Assembly: GCA_038230375.1 (NCBI GenBank)
Contig: JBBRNJ010000025.1
Span: forward strand, 1-64,000
Direction of reading: 5' to 3'
Origin: Polyangiales bacterium
GTDB taxonomy: Bacteria; Myxococcota_A; Polyangia; Polyangiales; Polyangiaceae
Length of the DNA: 64,000 nt
Positions 1 through 9,026 of the stretch are shown here, piece by piece. Position 1 is the first letter of the stretch. Each line of letters opens with the position of its first letter. Below the pieces are notes generated by a model. It was not told the origin of the DNA, did no database searches, and was given only the letters and a program-made list of their open reading frames with translations. The position numbers were made by a program, and so were the translations under genes.

Positions 1-48
1 GCCCGCTCGCGGGGCTGGGGGGGGGGCTGGGGGGGGGGTTTTTGGGCT

Positions 49-693
49 TTGTTTTTTTGCTGGGTGGGGGGGGGGGGGTGGTCTGCCCCCCCCCCCGCCG
101 CTGCACCCTTGCCGGAAGACAAGCCCGCGCTCTCGGTGAAGGAGCTGCTCGTGCTCGCGCTCAAGAACGAGCTCGACGCGACGGAGCTCGCGGCCGCGTG
201 GCTACCGTCGACCCCCGAGATCGACGTGAAGCTCGCGCTCGCGCGTCAGGCCGGGGACGAGGCGAAGCACTTCGGTCTGATCCGCAAGCGCCTCGACGCA
301 CTTGGCGTGGACACGAGCGCACTGCCACAGCTTGCTGCGGACAAGCCCAAGAGTCCGCTCCAGAACTACCTGCTCGGCCTCACGGACACAGTGTCGCGCG
401 TGGCCGCTGGGCAGTTCACGCGGGAGGCGCTCGCGCTTGTGAGGAACCGCGCCTTCATCGAACTCTGTCAGGCCGCGGGTGACGAAGAGACCGCCAAGCT
501 ATACATCGACGTGATCCAGCCTGACGAGCAGCACCACCACGAGCTGGGTCGCAAGCTCTTGCTCGTACTGGCCACGGACGAAGACGCGCAGGCTCGCGCG
601 CGGGCCGCTTGCCAGAAGGTCCTCTCGATCGCCGAGGACCTCAACGAGATCCTGCGAATCAAGCTGGGCGCGCAATCCGCGCCCGGTTGCTGA
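49..693 (+). CDS. Ferritin-like (rubrerythrin-fold) diiron protein; true 5' end unreliable
   Basis: Paired E...ExxH motifs (NELDA...DEAKH; REAL...DEQHH). The first ~100 nt are poly-G/T low-complexity sequence. Confidence 0.75.
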   Translation: MFFCWVGGGGWSAPPPAAAPLPEDKPALSVKELLVLALKNELDATELAAAWLPSTPEIDVKLALARQAGDEAKHFGLIRKRLDALGVDTSALPQLAADKPKSPLQNYLLGLTDTVSRVAAGQFTREALALVRNRAFIELCQAAGDEETAKLYIDVIQPDEQHHHELGRKLLLVLATDEDAQARARAACQKVLSIAEDLNEILRIKLGAQSAPGC

Positions 694-1503
694 TCAGGGG
701 GGCGTCGCGCAGCATCGGAAGCCGATGTCCGCTGCGCGCGAGCTTGCCTCGTCGTCGTCCACGTTCACACAGGTGTTTCCTGCCGTGCTGCTCTTGAAGA
801 AGTACGAATCGCCGGCGGTGTAGTACCTCGTCACCGTGCTGGGTATGAACGTGCGCTCCATGGCGTTCCCGATGAGGTCGAACACGCCAGCCGGGCCTTC
901 GCACTGCTTGACTTGCCGGATCGCCGCGGTCGCGGAGGTCATGACGTTGCACCCCGAGGGAGGGGGCTCTGCCTTATTGTTGCCGCCCGTGCACGCGTGA
1001 ATCCACTCCGACGTGAGAGGCGTGGGCGGAGTCACCGGTGGCGCACCGGGCCGAGCGCCGCAGAGATGTTTGCCCGCCCACGTGCAGAACAGCTCGGCCT
1101 CGCAGGTCGTGATGCAGGTCTGGGGATAGAGATCTCCGGTGACTGCGGTTGGGCAATTGAGCATGAGGGTGGTGGGCGGCAGGGTGCCCGCGCAGGTGCC
1201 GACGAGCACAGGCACGTTCGTGCTTCTGAGCATCGCCCCGAACTGCCCGCACGTCACCTCCGTCGAGTCGATGCACACGTCACCGATCCTGACCATGTCG
1301 GGGCCCTGGCCCGGATGTGGACAGCCCATGGCGACGATGGGAGAGCTGCCGTCCGCGGTCCCGCCCGCATCCCCTGGTTCTGACGTGGACGCGTCGTGAT
1401 CAAGAGCCGCGGTATCTGTCCCCTTGAATGGTGAGCAGGCGACGAGCACCGTCACCATAGCCGCCGCGACGCCTATAGGAAGCACCTGACGGGATACACT
1501 CAT
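694..1503 (-). CDS. FGE-sulfatase (SUMF1/EgtB-like) domain lipoprotein
   Basis: Lipobox LVAC; IDSTEVT, SEWIHAC, GVFDLIGNAMER and IGFRCC motifs; TATACT 6 nt before ATG 1503. Confidence 0.8.
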   Translation of the reverse strand: MSVSRQVLPIGVAAAMVTVLVACSPFKGTDTAALDHDASTSEPGDAGGTADGSSPIVAMGCPHPGQGPDMVRIGDVCIDSTEVTCGQFGAMLRSTNVPVLVGTCAGTLPPTTLMLNCPTAVTGDLYPQTCITTCEAELFCTWAGKHLCGARPGAPPVTPPTPLTSEWIHACTGGNNKAEPPPSGCNVMTSATAAIRQVKQCEGPAGVFDLIGNAMERTFIPSTVTRYYTAGDSYFFKSSTAGNTCVNVDDDEASSRAADIGFRCCATPP

Positions 1504-1575
1504 CATCGCAGTATATACCAGCCCGGGAATTTGGCCGGGCTCCTGCCCCGCCATGCGGCCCGCATGCCGCGCTGA

Positions 1576-3081
1576 TCACTTTATCTTCGGCACGACCGCG
1601 CGCTCGACGCCCTTCACGGCGTCCTCGATGGCGCGCAGGTCGGCGCTACCGCCGATGATCGCGATGGCGCTGTAGTTGCGGACGTCCACCACGCCGAGGG
1701 AGCTCGGCTGCACCAGGCTGTCGACCGCGTACGCCTTGCCCCAGCCATACCCGAACTGGAAGCCGAAGAGGATCTCCGCCGTGTTTCCGTGCGACGCGAG
1801 GCCGGTGGACATGATGGCGCGATGCTCGCGCGACTCGGTGAACGTACCGAGCGCGGGCAGCGTCACGGGAGAGAGGCGATCGCCCGCAGAGAAATCCGTG
1901 GCGAGGCCGCCGAGCACGCTGAGATCGCGCGAGACGCCGTACTCGAACCCCATGGCCGCGTTCACGACGGCGTTTGCGTTCAGGCCCACGGTAAAATCGC
2001 GCGGGCGTACGCGCACCGTGTTGCCGTCGGTGATGGTGTCGTCTGCGTGGATGTTCGCAGAGAGCGACGGGTTGCTGGGCGCGTAGACGGACACGTTGGT
2101 CTCCACGCGAACCCGCGTCCACTCCTCGCCCAGGCCCAGGGATAGGCGGTACGGCACCGGCGCTGCGAAGTCACCACGGGCCAGCGACACCTGCGCGGCA
2201 GAGCCCTGGAAGCTCCCGAACTCGTTCGCTGAGTAGCTACCGAAGATGGAACCGGCGCGTGTCTGCAGGCTGGCACCGAGATGCGTGCCGCGGCCGAGCC
2301 GATACGTCATGCCGATGATCGCAGCCAGATCCAGCGCGTGCGCGTTGGCGGATGCGCTGTACGACGCGACCGTGGGGTGGCCGCTCACGTCGGTGCCTAT
2401 GTTGGAAGACGAGAGGTAGGCCTCGTACTGCGTGTACGCGCCGTGGAACGAGATGCCGACCGCGAGATCGTCCGTGAGGTACGCGCTCCATGTGGGGCCG
2501 ACCTGGAAGCGGCTCCAGTTGCGCGTGAAAGACTGCGCCTGCGCCACGGTGTTGCCGGCGGAATGGAAGTTGAGCGCGGGGTAGTCAACGGCTCCGCGGT
2601 CCGTGGTGCCAAGGCACGCGGCGAGCTTCTGCCTTCCCTTTCGGTGCTGCGCGTCCTCGCGCTCGTGATCTTCGCCGATGGTCTGCCCAAGGCCACGGAG
2701 CGTGAAGAAGAAGCAGAGCGTGGACGGGAGCGCATCCAGCCGCCCCTGCGTCTCGCTGGTCTGGTCCTGCGCGAGCGTGCCATACCGCTTCTGATCCAGC
2801 GGCCCCGGCGCATGCCAGTTCGAGTACGACGAGATGGATGCAGAATACATGTTCACGCTGAACGCAAACTTGGCGTCGTCGATGCGGACGATGGTGGCGG
2901 GGTTCAGGAACGGCGCAGACCCATCCTTGGCGAGCGCGACCCCGGTATTGCCCATGAGCGCGCTGCGCCCACCAAGCGGCGTGCTTCCATAGTTCGATTG
3001 CGCGTGCGCCACGCCCTCCCCCAGAAGGAGGCCAACCGCGAGCACGAGCAGCGGTGCGACGCGCCTCATCGAGCGGCTCAC
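1576..3081 (-). CDS. Outer-membrane beta-barrel protein, FadL/OmpP1-like
   Basis: Signal peptide ending AHA-Q; GGRSALMGNTGVA...NPA hatch motif; amphipathic strands; GTGA overlap with upstream PPIase gene. Confidence 0.6.
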   Translation of the reverse strand: MSRSMRRVAPLLVLAVGLLLGEGVAHAQSNYGSTPLGGRSALMGNTGVALAKDGSAPFLNPATIVRIDDAKFAFSVNMYSASISSYSNWHAPGPLDQKRYGTLAQDQTSETQGRLDALPSTLCFFFTLRGLGQTIGEDHEREDAQHRKGRQKLAACLGTTDRGAVDYPALNFHSAGNTVAQAQSFTRNWSRFQVGPTWSAYLTDDLAVGISFHGAYTQYEAYLSSSNIGTDVSGHPTVASYSASANAHALDLAAIIGMTYRLGRGTHLGASLQTRAGSIFGSYSANEFGSFQGSAAQVSLARGDFAAPVPYRLSLGLGEEWTRVRVETNVSVYAPSNPSLSANIHADDTITDGNTVRVRPRDFTVGLNANAVVNAAMGFEYGVSRDLSVLGGLATDFSAGDRLSPVTLPALGTFTESREHRAIMSTGLASHGNTAEILFGFQFGYGWGKAYAVDSLVQPSSLGVVDVRNYSAIAIIGGSADLRAIEDAVKGVERAVVPKIK

Positions 3082-3578
3082 TGCGAGCGCTTGATCACGT
3101 GGAAGCCGAAGGGGCTCTCGGTGACATCGCTGATCTCGTTCACGCGTAGCGCGAAGGCGGCGGTGGCGAACTCCTTCACGACCTTGTCCTTCGTGATCTT
3201 GCCCACGCTACCAAGGCGATCCTTGGAGGCGGGATCCTCCGAGTACGCGGTGACCAGCTCCTCGAACGGCTTGCCGCTCTTTGCTTCGTCGCGGACCTTG
3301 GTGGCGAGCGCGCGCGCCTCGTCCTTGCTGCGCTTCGTGGTTGGGGGCGCGCCCTTCGCGCCCTTGTATGTGACGAGAACGTGCTGCGCGATGATGGTGT
3401 CCGGAACCACGAACGGCACGGACGCAGCGGGCGCGGCTGACGAAGCGACCGAGGGCATCACAGCGGGAGCGGCCGAGGCCATGGCGGTGACGGAGGCCGG
3501 AGGCGCAGCGCCGACCCCACTGGACGACGAGCTCTGACACCCCACGATTACGATCGCGCCCAGGAACCACTTTCGCAT
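3078..3578 (-). CDS. Parvulin-type peptidyl-prolyl isomerase, lipoprotein
   Basis: IVGC lipobox; AQHVLV, FEELVTAYSED, FATAAFAL and ESPFGFHVIKR motifs. Confidence 0.9.
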   Translation of the reverse strand: MRKWFLGAIVIVGCQSSSSSGVGAAPPASVTAMASAAPAVMPSVASSAAPAASVPFVVPDTIIAQHVLVTYKGAKGAPPTTKRSKDEARALATKVRDEAKSGKPFEELVTAYSEDPASKDRLGSVGKITKDKVVKEFATAAFALRVNEISDVTESPFGFHVIKRSQ

Positions 3579-3650
3579 CGCGACATCTTACCCGAACGCG
3601 GGCGCATCAGCGGCGCCGAAGAGTTTGCTACGATCGCGGTCCTGGAACCC

Positions 3651-5345
3651 GTGCTTCCCGAAGGCTCCCTGCTCGCGATGAGTGTGCTCGTCGCGGACTG
3701 CCAGTCGAGCGGTGCAACGCCCGCGCACGGCGACGTCCTTTCGCTGGGCTGGGGCGTCACCACCGGCGAGCACGACGTTACTCCTGGCGAGGCCGTGTGG
3801 GTCACACGTGCGACGACGCGGCCCGTCCCGCGCGCCATCCGTACGCTCACCGGCTGGAGCGAATCCGTGGCGGCCGCGAGCGTCGAGCGTATGGATGCGT
3901 GGTCACGGCTTCTGCGTGCCGCGGACGTGGCGCGCCCCGGCAACGCAGGCGACGCAGGCGCACAGATCCCGACGGTGATCCATTTCTCGCGGTTCGAGCT
4001 ACCGTTCTTCCGTGAACTGCACGAGCTGCACGCAGCAAGCCGCAGCGCGGAAGAGCCATTTCCACTGGAGATCGTGTGCCTTCATGCGATCGCGTGCCGG
4101 CTATTTCCCACGCTGCCGCGACGCAACCTGAGGGCGCTCGCTGGACACCTGGGTGGCTCACCAGAGATGGTGCGCAGCTCGAAGGGGCACGTGGAGGCGA
4201 CGGCGCTCGTGTGGCGCGCGATGGTGCCGCGGCTCGCGGAGGCCGGCGTTCACACGTGGAGCGAGCTGCGGGAATGGCTGCTCGCGAAGGCGACCTCGAC
4301 ACGCCCGCCCGCGTCCAGCAGAGAGTTCCCCATCGCGTTGCAGAAGCGGCGCGCACTCCCGGACCAACCGGGGGTGTATCGATTTCTGCGGCCGAACGGA
4401 GACGTGCTCTACGTGGGTAAGGCGACGAGCTTGAAGAAGCGCGTGGCCAGCCACTTCACGACCAGTGCGCGCGCGACGGAGCGGTCGCTCGAGATGCTCT
4501 CGCAGGCGCACGACATCGACGCCACGCCTACCGCGACTGCGCTCGAAGCCGCGCTGCTGGAGGCGGACGAGATCAAGCGCCTTGATCCGCCCTACAACGT
4601 GCATCTTCGCAGCGTGGATCGCGAAGCGTGGTTCCTCACCCAGGACTGGGCGGACGCTGCGCCGACCGCCGACGCCACGCACCGGATCGGTCCGCTCCCA
4701 TCGCGCTTCGCGGCGCGGGGCATTGCAGCGATCTGTGCCCTGCTCCGTGGCGAGGAGGCCGTACCGAACCTGCGCGCCGCAGCGGTCTATGTGCCCACGG
4801 CATTCGCGCCAGACGCGGCCCTCTTCGACGAAGTGTGGCGAGCGTTTGCGGCCTTGGAGCTCGGCGGTGAGCGCTCTCCACGGCGGCGTATCCTGGAAGC
4901 GTCCTCGCGGATCGTGGTGAGCGAGCGACCAGAGGAAGCAGTGGGCGCGGAGGGCGCGGAGCCACCTCCGCGCTGGGACGCCGCCGCGATACGCCGCTAT
5001 CTGGAGCGCGTGATCGTGGGCCAGGGCACACTCGTGCGGCGCGCGCGCGCACTCGCGCTGCTCTGCGACGCGCACGTGACCTTTCGCGAGCACGGCCATC
5101 CGAACGCGCAGCTGCTCGTGCTCTCGGGTGGGAAAATCACGGCCCGCCGTGAACTCTCGGGGACAGTTCATGACGACGTCGTGCCGCGCCCACCACCGCT
5201 TCGCAGCCGGCTCGCCGCGTTCGACGCGGGTGTCTACGATCGCCTCCGCGTACTCTTGACGGAGCTACGGCGCGTCGCGCAGCAAGGCGGCTTCGTGGAC
5301 GTGCGCGTGGGTCGTCATCGCTTGACTCCACGCAGCCAGCAGTGA
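3651..5345 (+). CDS. DnaQ-like exonuclease domain fused to UvrC/Cho-type GIY-YIG endonuclease
   Basis: PGVYRF...LYVGKATSLKKRVASHF and LLEADEIKRLDPPYN; N-terminal DEDDh-like fold with degenerate motifs. Confidence 0.8.
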   Translation: MLPEGSLLAMSVLVADCQSSGATPAHGDVLSLGWGVTTGEHDVTPGEAVWVTRATTRPVPRAIRTLTGWSESVAAASVERMDAWSRLLRAADVARPGNAGDAGAQIPTVIHFSRFELPFFRELHELHAASRSAEEPFPLEIVCLHAIACRLFPTLPRRNLRALAGHLGGSPEMVRSSKGHVEATALVWRAMVPRLAEAGVHTWSELREWLLAKATSTRPPASSREFPIALQKRRALPDQPGVYRFLRPNGDVLYVGKATSLKKRVASHFTTSARATERSLEMLSQAHDIDATPTATALEAALLEADEIKRLDPPYNVHLRSVDREAWFLTQDWADAAPTADATHRIGPLPSRFAARGIAAICALLRGEEAVPNLRAAAVYVPTAFAPDAALFDEVWRAFAALELGGERSPRRRILEASSRIVVSERPEEAVGAEGAEPPPRWDAAAIRRYLERVIVGQGTLVRRARALALLCDAHVTFREHGHPNAQLLVLSGGKITARRELSGTVHDDVVPRPPPLRSRLAAFDAGVYDRLRVLLTELRRVAQQGGFVDVRVGRHRLTPRSQQ

Positions 5346-5355
5346 GCGTGCGGCG

Positions 5356-7032
5356 TCAGTTCACGCCGGGCGTGGTCGGCGGGACAAGGAAGAGGACCGC
5401 GCGATTGTCGAGCTGCACGTTGCCCTGCACGCCCACGACATTGACGTTGGCCTTGTAGAACTGCGGGACCTTCGTGGGCGGGACGGTGGTGTTCACGGCC
5501 GGGATGATCTCGAAGCAGACCGGCGTACCGACGACGACCGCGGTGAACGTGTCCTTGATGCCGTCGCCATCGGTGTCCTTCGCGGCGTGCGCGGGGCAGT
5601 TGTTGGCGGCGTCGCCTTCGTCGCGGGCGCGGAGAGCCTTGATGAACTTCGTGGCGTCGACGCCGCTGCCGTTCATGGGGTCGTTGCTGGCCTTCGCGGT
5701 GACGTCGAACTGCGAGCCGACCGAGATGGCCTTGATGGCGTTCACGATGCCAGTGCTGACGCCGTTGCCGCTCTGGTGGAGGAAGTTCAGGCGGCACTGA
5801 CCGCCCGCGTTGTTGTTACTGCGGCCGGCGCCGTTGACGCCGGTGCAGCACTGGCCCGCGCTGCAGCCCGCCACGGCACCGAACGCCGCCGCGGGGACGG
5901 CGCTCGAAGTCTGGTCGGAGAGCGTGTTCGCCTGGCCCTCGGTTCCGGTTCCGTCGCTCGCGGCAACGCTGACGAACCTTGCGTTCGCTGCGATGAAGGC
6001 GGGCGCGAGCTGGCTGAGGTTCACGTTGCCGGACGGGTTCTTCCAGTCTGCGTCCGTGACCTCGACCACCACCGGAACCGAGCCGTTGCGGAAGTCCACG
6101 CCGCCGAACGTGCCGGCTGCGGGGGTGTGCGCGGCGATCGAGGGCGAGCCATTGTTGGCCTGGCCGGTGAGCGCATAGAACATGGCGCCGATCTGCGCCT
6201 CGGGCAGGTCACCGCCGCCGTTGGCGGACATCGCGTTGACGGCCGTCTTCATCAGGTTGATGTTGGTGGTGGAGACCTGCCGGACGTTGACGCCCCACGA
6301 ATCACCCTGACCGAAGTCTTTGTGATCGACGAGGGCCATGGACACGTTGGGGATGGCTGCCTGGAGCTGCGTGAGGAGCGTGCCGGCGAGCGCGGTCTTC
6401 AGGTTGTTGATCGAGCCGCTCATGGAGCCCGTCGTGTCCATCACGAACGCGACGTCGACCCGCTGGATGTTGGTGCTGAACTTCAGCGTGTCAGTGGTCG
6501 GGTTCGGGGTGTCCTTGTACGGCTCGACGAAGAAGAAGTCGCGCTGCGTCCCCGTCTTGCGGAGGGCGACGACGGTGAGCGTGCCGAGCGCGGTGCCATC
6601 CGGCGTGACCGCGGAGACCGTGGCGCTCTTGCCGAGCACGCCCGCGGGCAGCGAGCCGACCGAGGTGAAGTTTGCGCCGCTGAACGCGCCGAGCGTGGCG
6701 TCGCTGAGGGTGAACTTGCCACCGGCCGTGATGTCCTTGGTGCCGTTCAGGACCTTGTAGGCGAGCGTGCCAGCCGTGGCCGGCATCTGCGCGGTGTCGA
6801 TGATGACCGTTGTGTTCTTGGGATCGAGCGAGAGGCCCGCGGTGCCCGCAGCGCCGCCGCCGCCGCCGAGGCTGGGGCCAGAGCCACCAGGACCACCGTC
6901 GGTGTCGATGTTCGTCGAGTCCGGATTTTGCGCAACATCGAATCCGGATTCACCCGACGGCGAACCGCAGCCAACGGCCGCAAGGACTCCCAACGAGGAA
7001 AGGATGAACAGTGACGTTGTGATGTTTCGCAT
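5356..7032 (-). CDS. VWA-domain, Cys-containing lipoprotein
   Basis: SD GGAGG before ATG 7032; AVGC lipobox; DVAFVMDTTGSM MIDAS motif; GGGDLPEA and VEVTDA motifs. Confidence 0.85.
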   Translation of the reverse strand: MRNITTSLFILSSLGVLAAVGCGSPSGESGFDVAQNPDSTNIDTDGGPGGSGPSLGGGGGAAGTAGLSLDPKNTTVIIDTAQMPATAGTLAYKVLNGTKDITAGGKFTLSDATLGAFSGANFTSVGSLPAGVLGKSATVSAVTPDGTALGTLTVVALRKTGTQRDFFFVEPYKDTPNPTTDTLKFSTNIQRVDVAFVMDTTGSMSGSINNLKTALAGTLLTQLQAAIPNVSMALVDHKDFGQGDSWGVNVRQVSTTNINLMKTAVNAMSANGGGDLPEAQIGAMFYALTGQANNGSPSIAAHTPAAGTFGGVDFRNGSVPVVVEVTDADWKNPSGNVNLSQLAPAFIAANARFVSVAASDGTGTEGQANTLSDQTSSAVPAAAFGAVAGCSAGQCCTGVNGAGRSNNNAGGQCRLNFLHQSGNGVSTGIVNAIKAISVGSQFDVTAKASNDPMNGSGVDATKFIKALRARDEGDAANNCPAHAAKDTDGDGIKDTFTAVVVGTPVCFEIIPAVNTTVPPTKVPQFYKANVNVVGVQGNVQLDNRAVLFLVPPTTPGVN

Positions 7033-7189
7033 GAATCCTCCGCGGCGTGCCGTGACACCGCAAAGATTCACCGCGAACCGAATGACGTGCACATCTCAAT
7101 AGCGCCTCACAAGACGTAGCGCTCTTGTGGGACATACGCGCAGAGAGGCGCTATTCATGCCCGATTCGCGCGTGAGCTGCCCGGTGAGC

Positions 7190-8323
7190 TCAGAAGAATG
7201 CGCCGCCTGCAAGGTCCGGATTTGCGCGCGCGTTGTCGCCCTTGGTGGGCGCTTCGCCTGCAGTTTTTGCCGTCAGCTGTGCGTCGATCACGGCGCGCAT
7301 CACGTCCGCGCCAGCAGCCACGTGCGCGCCCGAGAGCTCGCTGGACCAGTGCATGAAGACACGCGGCACATCGCGGACGTCGCGCTTGATCACCACCGGA
7401 AGATCGTTCGCGGCGCCCGCCTTCTTCACGCTCGCTTGCATGAGGGAGACGCTCTTGCCGGGATAGGACATCAGGTAGTTCGTGACGTACGTGACGTTGT
7501 TGCACAGGTACGTGTTCGACTCGCGCGGGAAGCCAGCGAACTCGACGCCGGAGACGAACGCATCGAAGCGCTCGGCGCCCTCCATGTCAGCGGCGTGCTT
7601 CTGGATGGTCGCGGCGGCGGCGGCGTGAACATGATCCCAGGAGAGCAGGAGGCCGCGTGCGCCGTCGGCCTTCGTGGCACTGGAGACGATGGGGGCGTAG
7701 CTCTTGTTCTTGCCGACTGCGGGGCGAAGCTGGTTCGAACCGTCGTCGAGCGGCGCGGCGCGATTGACGGAGCCGAGCTCGATCCACGTGGGCTGACGAT
7801 CACCGGCAACGCCGTTCATGAGCACGAACGAAGGGCCGAACGCGTCGACCTCCTTGGCGATGAGGACTGCTGCGAGATCCCAGTACACGGGCAGGATCAT
7901 CGCGCAGACATCGACCTTGCCGGCGTGCGGCAGATCGAGCGTCGTCGTGGTCACGGCGAGCTGCGGCGCGGGCGGGTCCACGTGACCGTCGGCCGGCGGG
8001 GTGGTCTCGGGATACGTGACCCCGGAGAGCGAGCTCACCATGCGGCCGGTCGCGTTGTTGGTGACGCTCATGAAGCGCCCGAAGCCAGTGACGATCACGC
8101 GAGGGCGACCGGCGGTCTTCGCCGCGCACTGCGGCTTGTAGCTCTTCGCGAAGGCGAGGTTCGCGTCGTACTGCGCCCGCGCCTGCGGTGAGCTTGTGTC
8201 GACCTTCACCGAGTCCTCCGAGTTGCCGACCTCATCCTGCGAGTCGTCGACGTTGGCCGCGCAGCCTGCACCTGCGACGAGGGTGACGATGCAAAGACCG
8301 ATGGAAGAAGCGAGAGCGCGCAT
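7190..8323 (-). CDS. Pyroglutamyl-peptidase I (C15)-like lipoprotein
   Basis: GAGC lipobox; VIVTGFGRF, WIELG (Glu), YLCNNVTY (Cys) and FMHW (His). Confidence 0.75.
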   Translation of the reverse strand: MRALASSIGLCIVTLVAGAGCAANVDDSQDEVGNSEDSVKVDTSSPQARAQYDANLAFAKSYKPQCAAKTAGRPRVIVTGFGRFMSVTNNATGRMVSSLSGVTYPETTPPADGHVDPPAPQLAVTTTTLDLPHAGKVDVCAMILPVYWDLAAVLIAKEVDAFGPSFVLMNGVAGDRQPTWIELGSVNRAAPLDDGSNQLRPAVGKNKSYAPIVSSATKADGARGLLLSWDHVHAAAAATIQKHAADMEGAERFDAFVSGVEFAGFPRESNTYLCNNVTYVTNYLMSYPGKSVSLMQASVKKAGAANDLPVVIKRDVRDVPRVFMHWSSELSGAHVAAGADVMRAVIDAQLTAKTAGEAPTKGDNARANPDLAGGAFF

Positions 8324-8335
8324 ACCCCGAAGAAC

Positions 8336-8351
8336 TGCACAATGTGTGCCC
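8336..8351 (-). promoter_or_regulatory. sigma54 -24/-12 promoter for the peptidase gene
   Basis: Minus strand GGGCACACATTGTGCA (GG-N10-GC), 12 nt before the ATG, with an AT-rich tract upstream. Confidence 0.65.
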
Positions 8352-8471
8352 GTGTGGGATAATTACACCTCGCAATAATTCCGACATGTTACAGAGGCGA
8401 ACGGGGTCTCAGCCGACCCTTCTGGATCGACAGCATGAGAGACAGCGATCCACCCCGAGGCGGCTTGCGCC

Positions 8472-9026
8472 TCACCGCCGCGTGTTGATGGTGCCACCGC
8501 GCGCACCAGCGTCGATGTTGGCGCCGAGCGCTCCCCCCGACCCCGAGCCCGCGTCTCCCGCAAGGACGAACCGAACCGGAATAGCCAATGTCGTTGGCCC
8601 CGCCGCCTCACACGTGAAGGTGCCCGCCTTCACGACCAGCCGGATGCACTCCGCGACCTCCGCGCTGAGCCCGCTGTTCGACGACAACGTCGCGACGGTC
8701 GGTGTGTCCTTCTGGAAGGTGCTGGTGATGATCACCTTCCCTTCCATCGTCGGATCGTTCACGAGGCCCTTTTCATAGCAAGCCTTGAACTTCGAACGCA
8801 TCGCCGCGACCGTCCGCTCCACACCAACGCAAGGCGGCTCGTTCGGAAGCGAGCTCTCCACGGCGGCGGTCGAGGTCGAGGTCGAGGTCGAAGTCGGGGT
8901 CAAAGTCGAAGTCGAAGTCGACGTCGGCACCGACGCGACAGTCGCCGGCGCCGCAGGATCATTCACCCTGGGCTCGCCGCAAGCGCCAACGAAAGCCAGG
9001 CTCATCACCATGCAAGTCGTCTTCAT
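8472..9026 (-). CDS. Lipoprotein with AgmX/PglI C-terminal (TonB_C-like) domain
   Basis: VGAC lipobox; TS-repeat linker; FKACYEKGLVNDPTMEGKV...VAECI...IPVRF; ATGA overlap with upstream gene. Confidence 0.7.
   Translation of the reverse strand: MKTTCMVMSLAFVGACGEPRVNDPAAPATVASVPTSTSTSTLTPTSTSTSTSTAAVESSLPNEPPCVGVERTVAAMRSKFKACYEKGLVNDPTMEGKVIITSTFQKDTPTVATLSSNSGLSAEVAECIRLVVKAGTFTCEAAGPTTLAIPVRFVLAGDAGSGSGGALGANIDAGARGGTINTRR

Noticed and set aside
1..100. Poly-G/poly-T/poly-C tracts resembling a G-quadruplex or phase-variable tract
   Set aside because: At the window edge and corrupting the N-terminus of a normal gene; most likely low-quality contig-end sequence.
49..693. Ferritin-like protein as encapsulin cargo
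   Set aside because: No LxVGSL-type targeting peptide and no encapsulin gene in view.
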